Source of the DNA: Candidatus Micrarchaeota archaeon
GTDB taxonomy: Archaea; Micrarchaeota; Micrarchaeia; Anstonellales; Anstonellaceae
DNA: 12,488 nt
Direction of reading: 5' to 3'
NCBI GenBank assembly: GCA_043810635.1
Contig: JBDRNY010000026.1
Location: 1 to 12,488 of the forward strand
The first letter of the stretch is position 1; each line of letters begins with the position of its first letter. The translations under genes were made by a program, and so were the position numbers. The notes under the pieces are model-generated. The model was not told the DNA's origin, searched no databases, and worked only from the letters and a program-made list of their open reading frames with translations. This document shows positions 1 to 7,311 of this stretch, in pieces.

Positions 1-49
1 GGCAAGAATCCAAAAAAGAACCATTTCAGGCAAAACGTATTATTACCTT

Positions 50-898
50 GTGCATACCATACGGGAGGGAAAAAAGGTTTCAAAAAAGGAGAAATACCTG
101 GGCGCCAGGCTCCCTAAAGATATTGAAGGGCTGAAATCAGAATTTCTTGCTCAAATATGCAAGGAAAAATGGCACCCGATTTTTGAGCGCATAAAATCAG
201 CTTATTCCGGGGAAAACAGGCAGATGCCAAAGGAAGTGCGCCGCAAAAATTTGGAAGCATTTTCCATCCGCTTCACTTATGACACCCAGCGCATTGAGGG
301 CTCCGCCCTCAGCTTGCGGGAAACTGCAGACTTGCTGCAAAAAGGAATCAGCCCGGGCAAAAAACCAATCAGGGATGCAAAAGAGGCGCAGGCACACCAG
401 AAACTTTTGTTTAAAATCCTAAAGCAAAAAAAAGATTTGGCGCCCCAAATTGTTCTTGATTGGCACAAAGAGCTGTTTTGGCAGACCCAGCCAGAGCTGG
501 CAGGAAAGCTTAGGGCATATAAGGTAATGATATCTGGCAGCCGCTTTTCTCCGCCTTCCCCGAACAGGGTTGGGCCGATGCTTATGGAATTTTTTTCATG
601 GTATGAAAAAAACAAGGAGAAAATCCATCCTGTTGAGCTGGCGGCACTGGCCCACCTGAAGTTTGTTACCATCCACCCGTTCGGAGACGGCAACGGCAGG
701 ATTTCACGCCTGCTTATGAACTTTGTGCTTTTTCGCAACGGCTTTCCCATGATAAATATCCACTATGAAAAGCGCAGGAGTTATTATACTGCACTGGAGC
801 ATGCACAAATCCGTGGTGAGGACAGCATTTTTGTGCACTGGCTTTTCAGAAGATATGCCAAAAAATTCAAGGAATATGCTGCAAAGGGGGAAGAATAG
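50..898 (+). CDS. Fic/DOC family protein (class II Fic, adenylyltransferase fold); 5' end may lie beyond the window
   Basis: 282-aa ORF carrying the canonical Fic active-site motif HPFGDGNGRISR (HxFx[DE]GNGRxxR). An upstream TQRIEG stretch matches the [ST]xxxE[GN] auto-inhibitory helix motif. The listed start is GTG at 50, the frame stays open back to position 2, and no convincing ATG/SD is seen, so the N-terminus is uncertain or truncated. Confidence 0.8.
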   Translation: MHTIREGKKVSKKEKYLGARLPKDIEGLKSEFLAQICKEKWHPIFERIKSAYSGENRQMPKEVRRKNLEAFSIRFTYDTQRIEGSALSLRETADLLQKGISPGKKPIRDAKEAQAHQKLLFKILKQKKDLAPQIVLDWHKELFWQTQPELAGKLRAYKVMISGSRFSPPSPNRVGPMLMEFFSWYEKNKEKIHPVELAALAHLKFVTIHPFGDGNGRISRLLMNFVLFRNGFPMINIHYEKRRSYYTALEHAQIRGEDSIFVHWLFRRYAKKFKEYAAKGEE

Positions 899-910
899 AC
901 AGAATAGGCG

Positions 911-964
911 TTTACCCCTACATTTTTAACAAAATAGTTAATATTATAAATTTGTAGGGGTAAA
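911..964. repeat. 12-bp perfect inverted repeat TTTACCCCTACA / TGTAGGGGTAAA with a 30-nt AT-rich spacer, between convergent genes. Candidate bidirectional terminator hairpin or palindromic protein-binding site.
   Basis: Read directly: 911-922 is the exact reverse complement of 953-964. It sits in the 112-bp gap between the Fic stop (898) and the minus-strand ORF ending at 1011. Confidence 0.4.
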
Positions 965-1010
965 TTGAGAATGATTTTCCCTTTTTTTATTTTATTAAAT
1001 ATTATATTTC

Positions 1011-1289
1011 TTAGCTGATGGTGCCAGGTGCTCTTGTGCCGCCAGTTTTGGTATTTTTTTGGATTTTGCCTGAAATTTTTGATGCAGCAGAGTTAGTATT
1101 TTCGTTTAAATTCACAAGCCTTGTATCTATATCCTTTATTGCACCTTCAATCTCAGGAACAAGCTTTTCATAACGATTACTCAAAGATATCCAGTCGTTG
1201 TCTCGAACTAATTGTAGATAACTAATTAGGGAAGCCTTTGATTTTTGTGAGCCGTTTTTTCCTAAAACTTCTACCAGATCATTTGTCAT
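1011..1289 (-). CDS. Hypothetical protein (93 aa from ATG at 1289). Alternatively the frameshifted C-terminal part of the upstream 1318..2061 gene.
   Basis: The ORF track extends this frame to 1364, but that codon is TTG; the first ATG is at 1289. The frame overlaps the upstream gene's 3' end across an A7 homopolymer (minus strand, around 1311-1319). No recognisable domain. Confidence 0.35.
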   Translation of the reverse strand: MTNDLVEVLGKNGSQKSKASLISYLQLVRDNDWISLSNRYEKLVPEIEGAIKDIDTRLVNLNENTNSAASKISGKIQKNTKTGGTRAPGTIS

Positions 1290-1317
1290 AGTATACAAAT
1301 CAGCGCTCTTGTTTTTT

Positions 1318-2061
1318 TCAAAATAATCCAGGACTATGTTTTTCAAACTCGTTGTTAAATTCAAACCCGCCGTCTTTTCCTATAAACTTGAGCAGGAACC
1401 CATCCCGCAGTAATTCGCCCCTATGGAGCATGTCTTTTTGTTGCTCGGGAGTGTGAGAAAAACGCTTTCGATATGTCCCGTCTTTTATCCTGCTGAAAAT
1501 TTCATGCTTGAGTTCGTTGGATTTGTCAAATCTGGAGAGAAGCCCCGGGGTTAGGGGGCAGTTGTTGTCCTGTGGATTCTTGAGGTAATCGCCGAAAAGA
1601 TGGATTGTACGATAAAATTTTGCGCATGAAAAATCTTTGCATCCGTCCGCATCCGAAGTGTCTGTAAAAACCGATTTTAGAGTTTCAAATGTTCTTATTC
1701 CGGCAACCGCTCTCAGGTCGCCGTAGTAGGAGTCCATCACATCTTCGCGCGTATCTAGTAAGTTGCTCATCGATAACTCTTCGACCTTTATTTTCTCCCG
1801 CATTGCAAGAAGGCACCCCTCCACGGCCTCCTTTAGTTTTTCTGTTTTTGGCTGGACCATGTAGAGGACAACAAGAAGGTAGGGTTGGTGGGTATCATAA
1901 AGGCAATAATCGTAGAAAGGGGAGGATTCTTTTTTTGCCTCTTCTTCCAAAACGGGCTGTATTTCGATTTTAAGGAATTTTGCCAGAGATGCTTCATCTT
2001 TTTCGACTATTGAGGAGTTGAGATTTAATAGGAATTTTATTGGGAATTCTTTTGGGTCCAT
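1318..2061 (-). CDS. Hypothetical protein, about 247 aa
   Basis: Long ORF. The track start at 2079 is TTG; the ATG at 2061 (MDPKEF...) is preceded on the minus strand by GGTGGGT three nt upstream (archaeal SD). A TATA-like TTATAAAA on the minus strand lies at about 2108-2117. No family recognised by eye. Confidence 0.6.
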   Translation of the reverse strand: MDPKEFPIKFLLNLNSSIVEKDEASLAKFLKIEIQPVLEEEAKKESSPFYDYCLYDTHQPYLLVVLYMVQPKTEKLKEAVEGCLLAMREKIKVEELSMSNLLDTREDVMDSYYGDLRAVAGIRTFETLKSVFTDTSDADGCKDFSCAKFYRTIHLFGDYLKNPQDNNCPLTPGLLSRFDKSNELKHEIFSRIKDGTYRKRFSHTPEQQKDMLHRGELLRDGFLLKFIGKDGGFEFNNEFEKHSPGLF

Positions 2062-2149
2062 ATACCCACCACGCCACAATCTTATTGTATGGTTTATGAA
2101 TACATGATTTTATAACACTAACTACGTATTTTCCCTTTTTTTATTTTTC

Positions 2150-3016
2150 TTATGCCAAATTCATAACTGCAGCATATTGCATCCCCTGCCTTGAAATCTT
2201 TCCGGTTTTGCTGCCAACATAATAGATTACTGCTTCTTTGCTTACCCCAATTCCGGCTACCTCTGGCAGGTTGTCCAGGATGTTTGCCCTGTGGTGCGGG
2301 CTTTTCATCCACAAATCCACCAGCGCAAAACCCGCATCTTCAGCCGTATCCTGGACAAAATAGCCAAGCACGGAAACAACACATCCTGTAGGCAGCCTGG
2401 CTATATTCTCCCCGATTCCGTGGGGCGGGGAGGTGCCTGATTTTATTGTATAATTATGCCTTTGCGCGCGCTCATTAGGGCCTTCATTGCGAAGATTGTA
2501 ATGCCCCATGCTGCTGTTGAAAGCCATGCCAATGCTGTGCTCCCGCGCCACTTCTGCAAGAGCATCATCATACTCCAATTCCGGCAGGCCTGCCTTGCGC
2601 CTTTTTGCATTGATATATTTGAAAACAATTTTTTCAATTGCAAAAGTCTTTTCATCAATGCATTGCCCTCTTTTATTCTCCCTGCTTTTTCTTTCTGCCA
2701 ATTCGTAGTATTGGTATTTTCCATCAGCGCTTTTTTCAGAAAATTTTGCAAAAATATCCAGCCCTTCAAAGGTTTTGTTTGCAAAGGAATTCAATTCCCC
2801 GGCAATTTTTGAGATTTTTTCAGAATTTCCCCTTGCAATTGCCAGCTTGACCCTGTTTCTATCCACAAACAAGTCACTTAATATTTGGGAATAAGCCTGC
2901 AGATTTTCCGGCTTTTCCTGCGCTTTTGAAATTTTTGAAGCAAGGGGGTTGAGCAAAAGAATTGCTGCGCCCGCATGCAGAAGAAAGCTTCGCCTGCTGA
3001 TTTGATTAAATTCCAT
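2150..3016 (-). CDS. Secreted CAP/SCP/PR-1-like (YkwD-type) domain protein with a twin-arginine signal peptide
   Basis: The N-terminus MEFNQISRRSFLLHAGAAILL is a Tat motif (SRRxFLL) followed by a hydrophobic segment. The C-terminal half has the CAP-domain signatures GENIA and WMKSPHHRANIL (compare bacterial SCP WMNSPGHRANIL). Confidence 0.85.
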   Translation of the reverse strand: MEFNQISRRSFLLHAGAAILLLNPLASKISKAQEKPENLQAYSQILSDLFVDRNRVKLAIARGNSEKISKIAGELNSFANKTFEGLDIFAKFSEKSADGKYQYYELAERKSRENKRGQCIDEKTFAIEKIVFKYINAKRRKAGLPELEYDDALAEVAREHSIGMAFNSSMGHYNLRNEGPNERAQRHNYTIKSGTSPPHGIGENIARLPTGCVVSVLGYFVQDTAEDAGFALVDLWMKSPHHRANILDNLPEVAGIGVSKEAVIYYVGSKTGKISRQGMQYAAVMNLA

Positions 3017-3283
3017 ATTAGTATTTGCATAAACACATTAATTAAAGCTATTCGGACATAGGGATAAACGGTTGGGAATAGCGGGTTTTTGCCCGTTTTT
3101 CTTATATTTATTTTCAAAATCCCTGGTTTATATACTTTCTTTCTTTTTCCATAAAATATAACATATCGACGGGAATAAAACAGATGGTTTATAAATTTTA
3201 TTTCATTCTTATAAGCACAAGCATCCAGGCTTTGAGGCGACCAAGAAGTTTGGAAGGCAGAACTAAGAACGGGGGATGGGACA

Positions 3284-4369
3284 ATGTTTGAGAATATAGT
3301 TGCGGAAGCAAAATCTGATTCTGGTGCAAGTATGCAGAAAAAAGACGAATTTTTGTCAAATGACAAAATAAGAATAGCTATTATAGGTGTTGGCGGGGGC
3401 GGATGCAACACCATAAACAGAATGATGAGAAAGGGAATTAAATCCGCAAGATTGATTGCAATTAATACTGATAATTTGCATTTGAAAAGCATTCAGGCGC
3501 AGGAAAAAATACTTATTGGAAAATCCATTACAAGAGGTTTGGGTGCAGGAGGATTTCCTGAAATTGCTGAAAAATGCGTGCAAGCTTCTAAAAAAGAATT
3601 GACTGAAAAAATTGGGGAAAATGAATTGGTATTTATTACTGCAGGATTGGGCGGAGGGACAGGCACAGGAGGTGCGCCCACAATTGCAGAAATTGCAAAA
3701 GAGCAGGGGGCAATTGTTGTATCAATTGTAACCACCCCGTTCAAATTGGAAAGGGCAAGATTGCAGAAAGCTGAATGGGGCTTGAGAAGGCTGGCTGCTG
3801 CGTCAGATACTGTAGTTGTAATTGACAATAACAGATTATTGCAATATGCTCCAAATGTTCCTATTAATGATGCATTTAACCTCGCTGATGCAATTACTGC
3901 AAAAGCTGTGCAGGGAATTACTGAAACAATTATGTTTCCGTCTTTGCTGAATGTGGATTATGCTGATGTGAAAGCTGTGATGGAAAACGGGGGCATTTCC
4001 CTTATTTCAATAGGGGAAGGGCATGGAAATGACAGAGTGGAGCAGGTGTCAAAAACAACTTTGGAACACCCATTGCTTGATGTTTCTTATGAAGGGGCAA
4101 AAGGAGCATTGCTCCATATCGACGGGGGAAGCTCGCTTACACTCGGGGAAGTTATTAGCATTGGAGAAAGGATTACTGACAAATTTGACTTGAATGCAAA
4201 CGTGAAAATTGGTGCAAGGCTTTCTGAAAGCAAAACTGACGGAATTTCCGCAACCGCAATAGTGACTGGGTTGAAATCTGAGCAGGTTGAAAGAATTATC
4301 GGCACCGAGGAAGATGAAGCAGGAAGGCCGAAGGAAGTAACCACAGTGGAAAACATCACCTATATCTAA
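3284..4369 (+). CDS. ftsZ: Cell division GTPase FtsZ
   Basis: IAIIGVGGGGCNTINRMM nucleotide-binding N-terminus, the tubulin/FtsZ signature GGGTGTG within ITAGLGGGTGTGGAPTIAEIAKE, an NTD motif (AINTDNLHL) and a typical FtsZ C-terminal domain. A GGGGGATGGG SD-like run precedes the ATG. Confidence 0.9.
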   Translation: MFENIVAEAKSDSGASMQKKDEFLSNDKIRIAIIGVGGGGCNTINRMMRKGIKSARLIAINTDNLHLKSIQAQEKILIGKSITRGLGAGGFPEIAEKCVQASKKELTEKIGENELVFITAGLGGGTGTGGAPTIAEIAKEQGAIVVSIVTTPFKLERARLQKAEWGLRRLAAASDTVVVIDNNRLLQYAPNVPINDAFNLADAITAKAVQGITETIMFPSLLNVDYADVKAVMENGGISLISIGEGHGNDRVEQVSKTTLEHPLLDVSYEGAKGALLHIDGGSSLTLGEVISIGERITDKFDLNANVKIGARLSESKTDGISATAIVTGLKSEQVERIIGTEEDEAGRPKEVTTVENITYI

Positions 4370-4374
4370 TCTCC

Positions 4375-4400
4375 TTTTATTCTTTTTTATTCTTATTTTC
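4375..4400 (+). terminator. Oligo-T tract downstream of ftsZ (archaeal-type terminator candidate)
   Basis: tctccttttattcttttttattcttattttc lies immediately after the ftsZ stop. Archaeal termination typically occurs at T-tracts. Confidence 0.3.
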
Positions 4401-4413
4401 TATTGGTAATTAG

Positions 4414-4749
4414 ATGGATTCAGATGATGCAACTGAAAAAATAAATGAGCATTTGTTTGGAAGCAATATTGAAATGATTAAAGTGGAAAAGGGCAGGATA
4501 GTATTTCCGGACGGAAGCAGTGAGCCGGGAAAAGTAAGGGAAATCAGCACAGACAAAAAGGATGGAAAAAATATAGTAACTGTTGTTTTGGAGCCGAAAA
4601 AAGAGGGGAATGTTGAGAGGCAGAAAACAATAATAATAACTTACAGCAGCAAGGAGAGGCACATTCACTGGGACATTAAAACAAAGAAAACGACAACAAC
4701 AATAGACACAATAGGGACTAAAGAGCCGCTTAATGTCGGAAAAAGATAG
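4414..4749 (+). CDS. Hypothetical small Lys/Thr-rich protein (111 aa)
   Basis: ATG-initiated ORF downstream of ftsZ on the same strand, with no overlap by other long ORFs. No domain recognised and the sequence is low-complexity, so coding status is moderate. Confidence 0.5.
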   Translation: MDSDDATEKINEHLFGSNIEMIKVEKGRIVFPDGSSEPGKVREISTDKKDGKNIVTVVLEPKKEGNVERQKTIIITYSSKERHIHWDIKTKKTTTTIDTIGTKEPLNVGKR

Positions 4750-4760
4750 TCTGCTTATTT

Positions 4761-4768
4761 TTATATTA
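4761..4768 (+). promoter_or_regulatory. TATA-box candidate (TTATATTA) about 26-33 bp upstream of tRNA-Ala
   Basis: AT-rich octamer at the position expected for an archaeal TATA box relative to tRNA 5' end 4794. A second TATATAAT sits at 4783-4790 but is too close. Confidence 0.3.
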
Positions 4769-4793
4769 AGCATTTGCACTAATATATAATTAA

Positions 4794-4865
4794 GGGCACA
4801 TAGTCGAACGGTAAGACGCTGCCTTCGCAAGGCAGAGACTGGGGGTTCGATTCCCCCTGTGTCCA
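4794..4865 (+). tRNA. tRNA-Ala (anticodon CGC), 72 nt, no encoded CCA
   Basis: Cloverleaf folded by hand. Acceptor GGGCACA/TGTGTCC includes the G3:U70 alanine identity pair. D-stem is GTC/GAC. Anticodon stem is CTGCC/GGCAG with loop TTCGCAA (anticodon CGC). T-arm is GGGGG-TTCGATT-CCCCC. Discriminator is A. Confidence 0.9.
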
Positions 4866-4867
4866 TT

Positions 4868-5515
4868 ATGAAATCCGCAGTATTATTTTCTGGAGGGAAA
4901 GATTCGGCTTATGCAACCCAGTGGGCGCTGGAGCAGGGGCATGAAGTAATTTGGGTTAATATGCAGCCGCAGGAAGATTCGATGATGTTTCATCACCCTA
5001 ATGTAAAATGGTGCAAATTGCAATCCCAGGCTGCGGAGATAGAATTGAAAACATTTGATACAAAGCATGAGAGGGAATTAATAGATTTGGAAAATGCATT
5101 AAAGAAATTGGATGTGGAAGGGGTTGTTACGGGCGCGGTTGCTTCGGTTTACCAAAAATCCAGGATTGATAAAATTGCAAATAAATTGAAATTGGAGGTG
5201 TTTTCCCCTTTGTGGGGGAAAGATGAAGAATTTTTGAAAAAAATGTTAAGTGAAATGGAAGTGTATATTGTTTCTATTTCTGCTGAAGGGCTGGGAGAAG
5301 AATGGCTGGGGAAAAAATTTGAGAAAGAGGATGTGGATAAATTATCTGCCCTGCAGCCGAAAATAAATGTTTATTTGGAAGGCGGGGAGGGGGAAACTTT
5401 TGTTGCAGATGCGCCTTTTTTCAAAAAAAGAATTGAAATATTAAAATGGGAAAAGAAATTTGACGGAATGAGGGGGAAGGCGGTTATTAAAGAGGCGAAG
5501 TTAGTGGAGAAATAA
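4868..5515 (+). CDS. dph6: Diphthine-ammonia ligase-like PP-loop ATP pyrophosphatase (MJ0570/Dph6 family)
   Basis: N-terminal PP-loop LFSGGKDS and the C-terminal LEGGEGETF (EGGE motif), with a size of about 215 aa typical for archaeal Dph6/MJ0570. The ATG at 4868 is only 2 nt after the tRNA-Ala discriminator; the track start at 4859 is GTG inside the tRNA. Confidence 0.75.
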   Translation: MKSAVLFSGGKDSAYATQWALEQGHEVIWVNMQPQEDSMMFHHPNVKWCKLQSQAAEIELKTFDTKHERELIDLENALKKLDVEGVVTGAVASVYQKSRIDKIANKLKLEVFSPLWGKDEEFLKKMLSEMEVYIVSISAEGLGEEWLGKKFEKEDVDKLSALQPKINVYLEGGEGETFVADAPFFKKRIEILKWEKKFDGMRGKAVIKEAKLVEK

Positions 5516-5516
5516 T

Positions 5517-6128
5517 TTATTCCTCTCCTTTTTGGGCCAGATTTTCTATTCTTGTTATCATGTCATTTAATTCTTTTCCATAAACCGCATTTACTTTTAA
5601 TGTGGCGGAAAAGCGGGTGTCTATAGGCATTTCCTTGTTTATTGTTATTTCCTGGCCTTCAGTTGCTTTTTCAGGGTCGAGGGGAATGTCTGCCTTAATT
5701 CTCAAGCCATCCAACACAGTGAGCTGGACAATTTGGCCGGTGTTGGAGCGGGCTGTTAATTCTGAATCAATTGGTATTGTTTGGTCTATTTTTAATACAA
5801 AATCTTCTGGAAAAACATCTGAAATCGGGAAAGATTGGTCTATAACAACAGTTGTTTTAAGGGGGGAAGTCATTACAATTTCTTTTTGCTGAATTTCCCT
5901 CAAATCCTGGGCTATTGCCATTAATTCTGCCCTGTCTTGTGTGGATAAGCCGGGGGGGGAGGTTATGTTAAGGAAGATAGAAGTGAGGGAAAGTAGTATT
6001 GCAATAATTGCAAGAAATGTTGTGGTATCTGGCTTGAATTTTGGCTTATTGCCTGAAAAGCTTAGTTTTGATGCTTTTCTTCCTTTAAAGCCGGAAGGAA
6101 GGTGCGAAACAGATGATGGGGATGCCAT
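5517..6128 (-). CDS. Hypothetical membrane-anchored protein (N-terminal TM helix followed by a beta-rich extracytoplasmic domain, possibly SAF/CpaB-like)
   Basis: ATG start at 6128. The basic N-terminus precedes the hydrophobic segment FLAIIAILLSLTSIFL. Convergent with dph6 (stop-to-stop spacing 1 nt). Confidence 0.6.
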   Translation of the reverse strand: MASPSSVSHLPSGFKGRKASKLSFSGNKPKFKPDTTTFLAIIAILLSLTSIFLNITSPPGLSTQDRAELMAIAQDLREIQQKEIVMTSPLKTTVVIDQSFPISDVFPEDFVLKIDQTIPIDSELTARSNTGQIVQLTVLDGLRIKADIPLDPEKATEGQEITINKEMPIDTRFSATLKVNAVYGKELNDMITRIENLAQKGEE

Positions 6129-6190
6129 AATGAACTCAAAACCTTAAACCTTAAAAAATAAACATGTGAGAAAGAGGTTGGTGATAGGAT

Positions 6191-6472
6191 ATGCCTAAAG
6201 TGACTTTTAGCAAGGACAAGATTACTGTGGAAGTGCCTGCTGGCACAAAGCTTGTTGATGTTGCGGAAAAAAACGGTGCAAACATTAATTTTTCCTGCAA
6301 AGAGGGAGTGTGCTTAACCTGCCTTGTAAATATTATTTCAGGAAAGGAAAATTTGAATCCTATGACTGAAAATGAAAAAAGCACTTTGGAAGCGTTTGGG
6401 GCAAAGCCGGGGCAGAGATTGGCATGCCAGGTAATTGTAACCGGGGATTGTGTGATTGAATCAGTGGAGTGA
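6191..6472 (+). CDS. [2Fe-2S] ferredoxin (plant/adrenodoxin-type cysteine pattern)
   Basis: 93 aa with C-x4-C-x2-C ... C ligand spacing (CKEGVCLTC ... ACQV). A GGTGATAGG SD lies 3-4 nt upstream of the ATG. Confidence 0.8.
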   Translation: MPKVTFSKDKITVEVPAGTKLVDVAEKNGANINFSCKEGVCLTCLVNIISGKENLNPMTENEKSTLEAFGAKPGQRLACQVIVTGDCVIESVE

Positions 6473-6494
6473 AAACTTTCATGAGGGATGCGCT

Positions 6495-6923
6495 ATGGCA
6501 GGAAACATTGAATCTGTTGATTTTTCTAAAGAAGGTATTGCTATAAGCAACAACTATTTTGTTGATAAAAATTCGTCTGTTCTGGATATTTTGACCGGTT
6601 CCGGGCTAAAAATAAAAGTGATAAAAACTGTGGATGAATTTAAGGGGGAGGAAACATATTCCCTGACGATTGATGGGGATGCAAGTTCTTTAGGGAAAAA
6701 AGATGTGCTGCCAGCCACATTTGAGATTAGCAAAGAGCAGTATAATACGCTTATGGCGCTTTGTGAAAAGAAGAAGACTGCACGTTTTCCTTATGGCTCA
6801 ATTACCGATGAAAAGAAGGCTGCGGAGGAAGTAATAAAAAATCTTATTGATGAAAAGCAGATGTATCCGGATATTAAAGAGGCGCTGTTTCCCACCAAAA
6901 ACTACAGCCTAACTAAGCATTAG
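6495..6923 (+). CDS. Hypothetical protein (142 aa from ATG at 6495; the ORF is open from 6456)
   Basis: In-frame ATG at 6495 is preceded by GAGGGATG (SD-like). The alternative start at 6456 would overlap the ferredoxin by 17 nt. T-rich terminator-like tracts follow at about 6985-7030. Confidence 0.55.
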   Translation: MAGNIESVDFSKEGIAISNNYFVDKNSSVLDILTGSGLKIKVIKTVDEFKGEETYSLTIDGDASSLGKKDVLPATFEISKEQYNTLMALCEKKKTARFPYGSITDEKKAAEEVIKNLIDEKQMYPDIKEALFPTKNYSLTKH

Positions 6924-7037
6924 GCATGCGCCCAAAGCATTTTTATTCATGAAACGAGCTAAAATAATTAGAGTATAACAGTTCTTTTCTTTTTTAATGA
7001 AAGTTTTTTCTTTTTTGAAAAGAAAAAAATTTCTCCG

Positions 7038-7080
7038 CTTCGCCTTCTGGCGAAGTCCAACCAACTTGCTTCGCAAGTTG
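7038..7080 (+). other. Two tandem GC-containing hairpins immediately 5' of tRNA-Ser: CTTCGCC-ttct-GGCGAAG at 7038-7055 and CAACTTG-cttcg-CAAGTTG at 7062-7080
   Basis: Perfect 7-bp inverted repeats read directly. They occupy the space where a TATA box would be expected, and no TATA-like element is seen within 40 bp of the tRNA 5' end. Confidence 0.35.
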
Positions 7081-7085
7081 ATTGT

Positions 7086-7218
7086 GCCGGTGTCGCATAA
7101 CCTGGTAGTGCGCTGGTCTTGAAGAGCCCTTTTCCACCTTTGGTGCAAAAGCCCTCGGGGAAAAGCTCTGGAAAACCAGTTCCTTACGGAATTGTAGGTT
7201 CAAATCCTGCCGCCGGCG
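7086..7218 (+). tRNA. tRNA-Ser (anticodon UGA), class II with long variable arm, interrupted by a ~50-nt intron (about 7124..7173) at the canonical 37/38 position; no encoded CCA
   Basis: Hand fold. Acceptor GCCGGTG/CGCCGGC has one G:U. D-stem is GCAT/GTGC with a 9-nt GG-containing loop. Anticodon stem 5' CTGGT (7113-7117) pairs with ACCAG (7175-7179) only if 7124-7173 is removed, leaving loop CTTGAAA (anticodon TGA). Variable arm is TTCC-TTAC-GGAA (14 nt). T-arm is GTAGG-TTCAAAT-CCTGC. Discriminator G73 fits Ser identity. The intron termini form a helix AGAGC/GCTCT compatible with a BHB-like splice motif. Confidence 0.8.
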
Positions 7219-7311
7219 TCGCTTCGCTCCGCCTTACGGCAGTCCCCCCAACAAGTTGAGGACCTACAAAGTGCGCGAGCACTGGGGCACCATCGCCATG
7301 GGCGATGATTG

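Noticed and set aside
1689-1973. 94-aa plus-strand ORF rich in Arg/Pro
   Set aside because: It lies antisense inside the longer, SD-supported minus-strand gene 1318..2061 and has a low-complexity translation.
2191-2850. Several plus-strand ORFs (2191..2391, 2456..2812, 2508..2708, 2638..2850) and the minus-strand 2443..2784
   Set aside because: All are alternative-frame or antisense shadows within the CAP-domain gene 2150..3016, whose frame carries the recognisable Tat signal and CAP motifs.
3082-3100. CGGG-TTTTTG-CCCG-TTTTT hairpin plus T-tract (terminator-like) between the CAP gene and ftsZ
   Set aside because: It is on the plus strand with no upstream plus-strand gene to terminate, and it lies in the promoter region of the divergent CAP and ftsZ genes. 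It is probably fortuitous, and only a 4-bp stem.
2878-3583. Minus-strand ORFs 2878..3492, 3356..3583, 3493..3828 and 4087..4359
   Set aside because: They overlap the ftsZ coding region or its promoter region on the opposite strand. ftsZ has unambiguous signatures, and these ORFs have no start or SD support.
4420-5068. Minus-strand ORFs 4420..4866 and 4883..5068
   Set aside because: They run antisense through the 4414..4749 ORF, the tRNA-Ala gene and the dph6-like gene, and have low-complexity translations.
6909-7203. Two minus-strand ORFs (6909..7148 and 6994..7203)
   Set aside because: They lie across the T-rich terminator region and the intron-containing tRNA-Ser gene. There is no start context, and they are explained by the tRNA.
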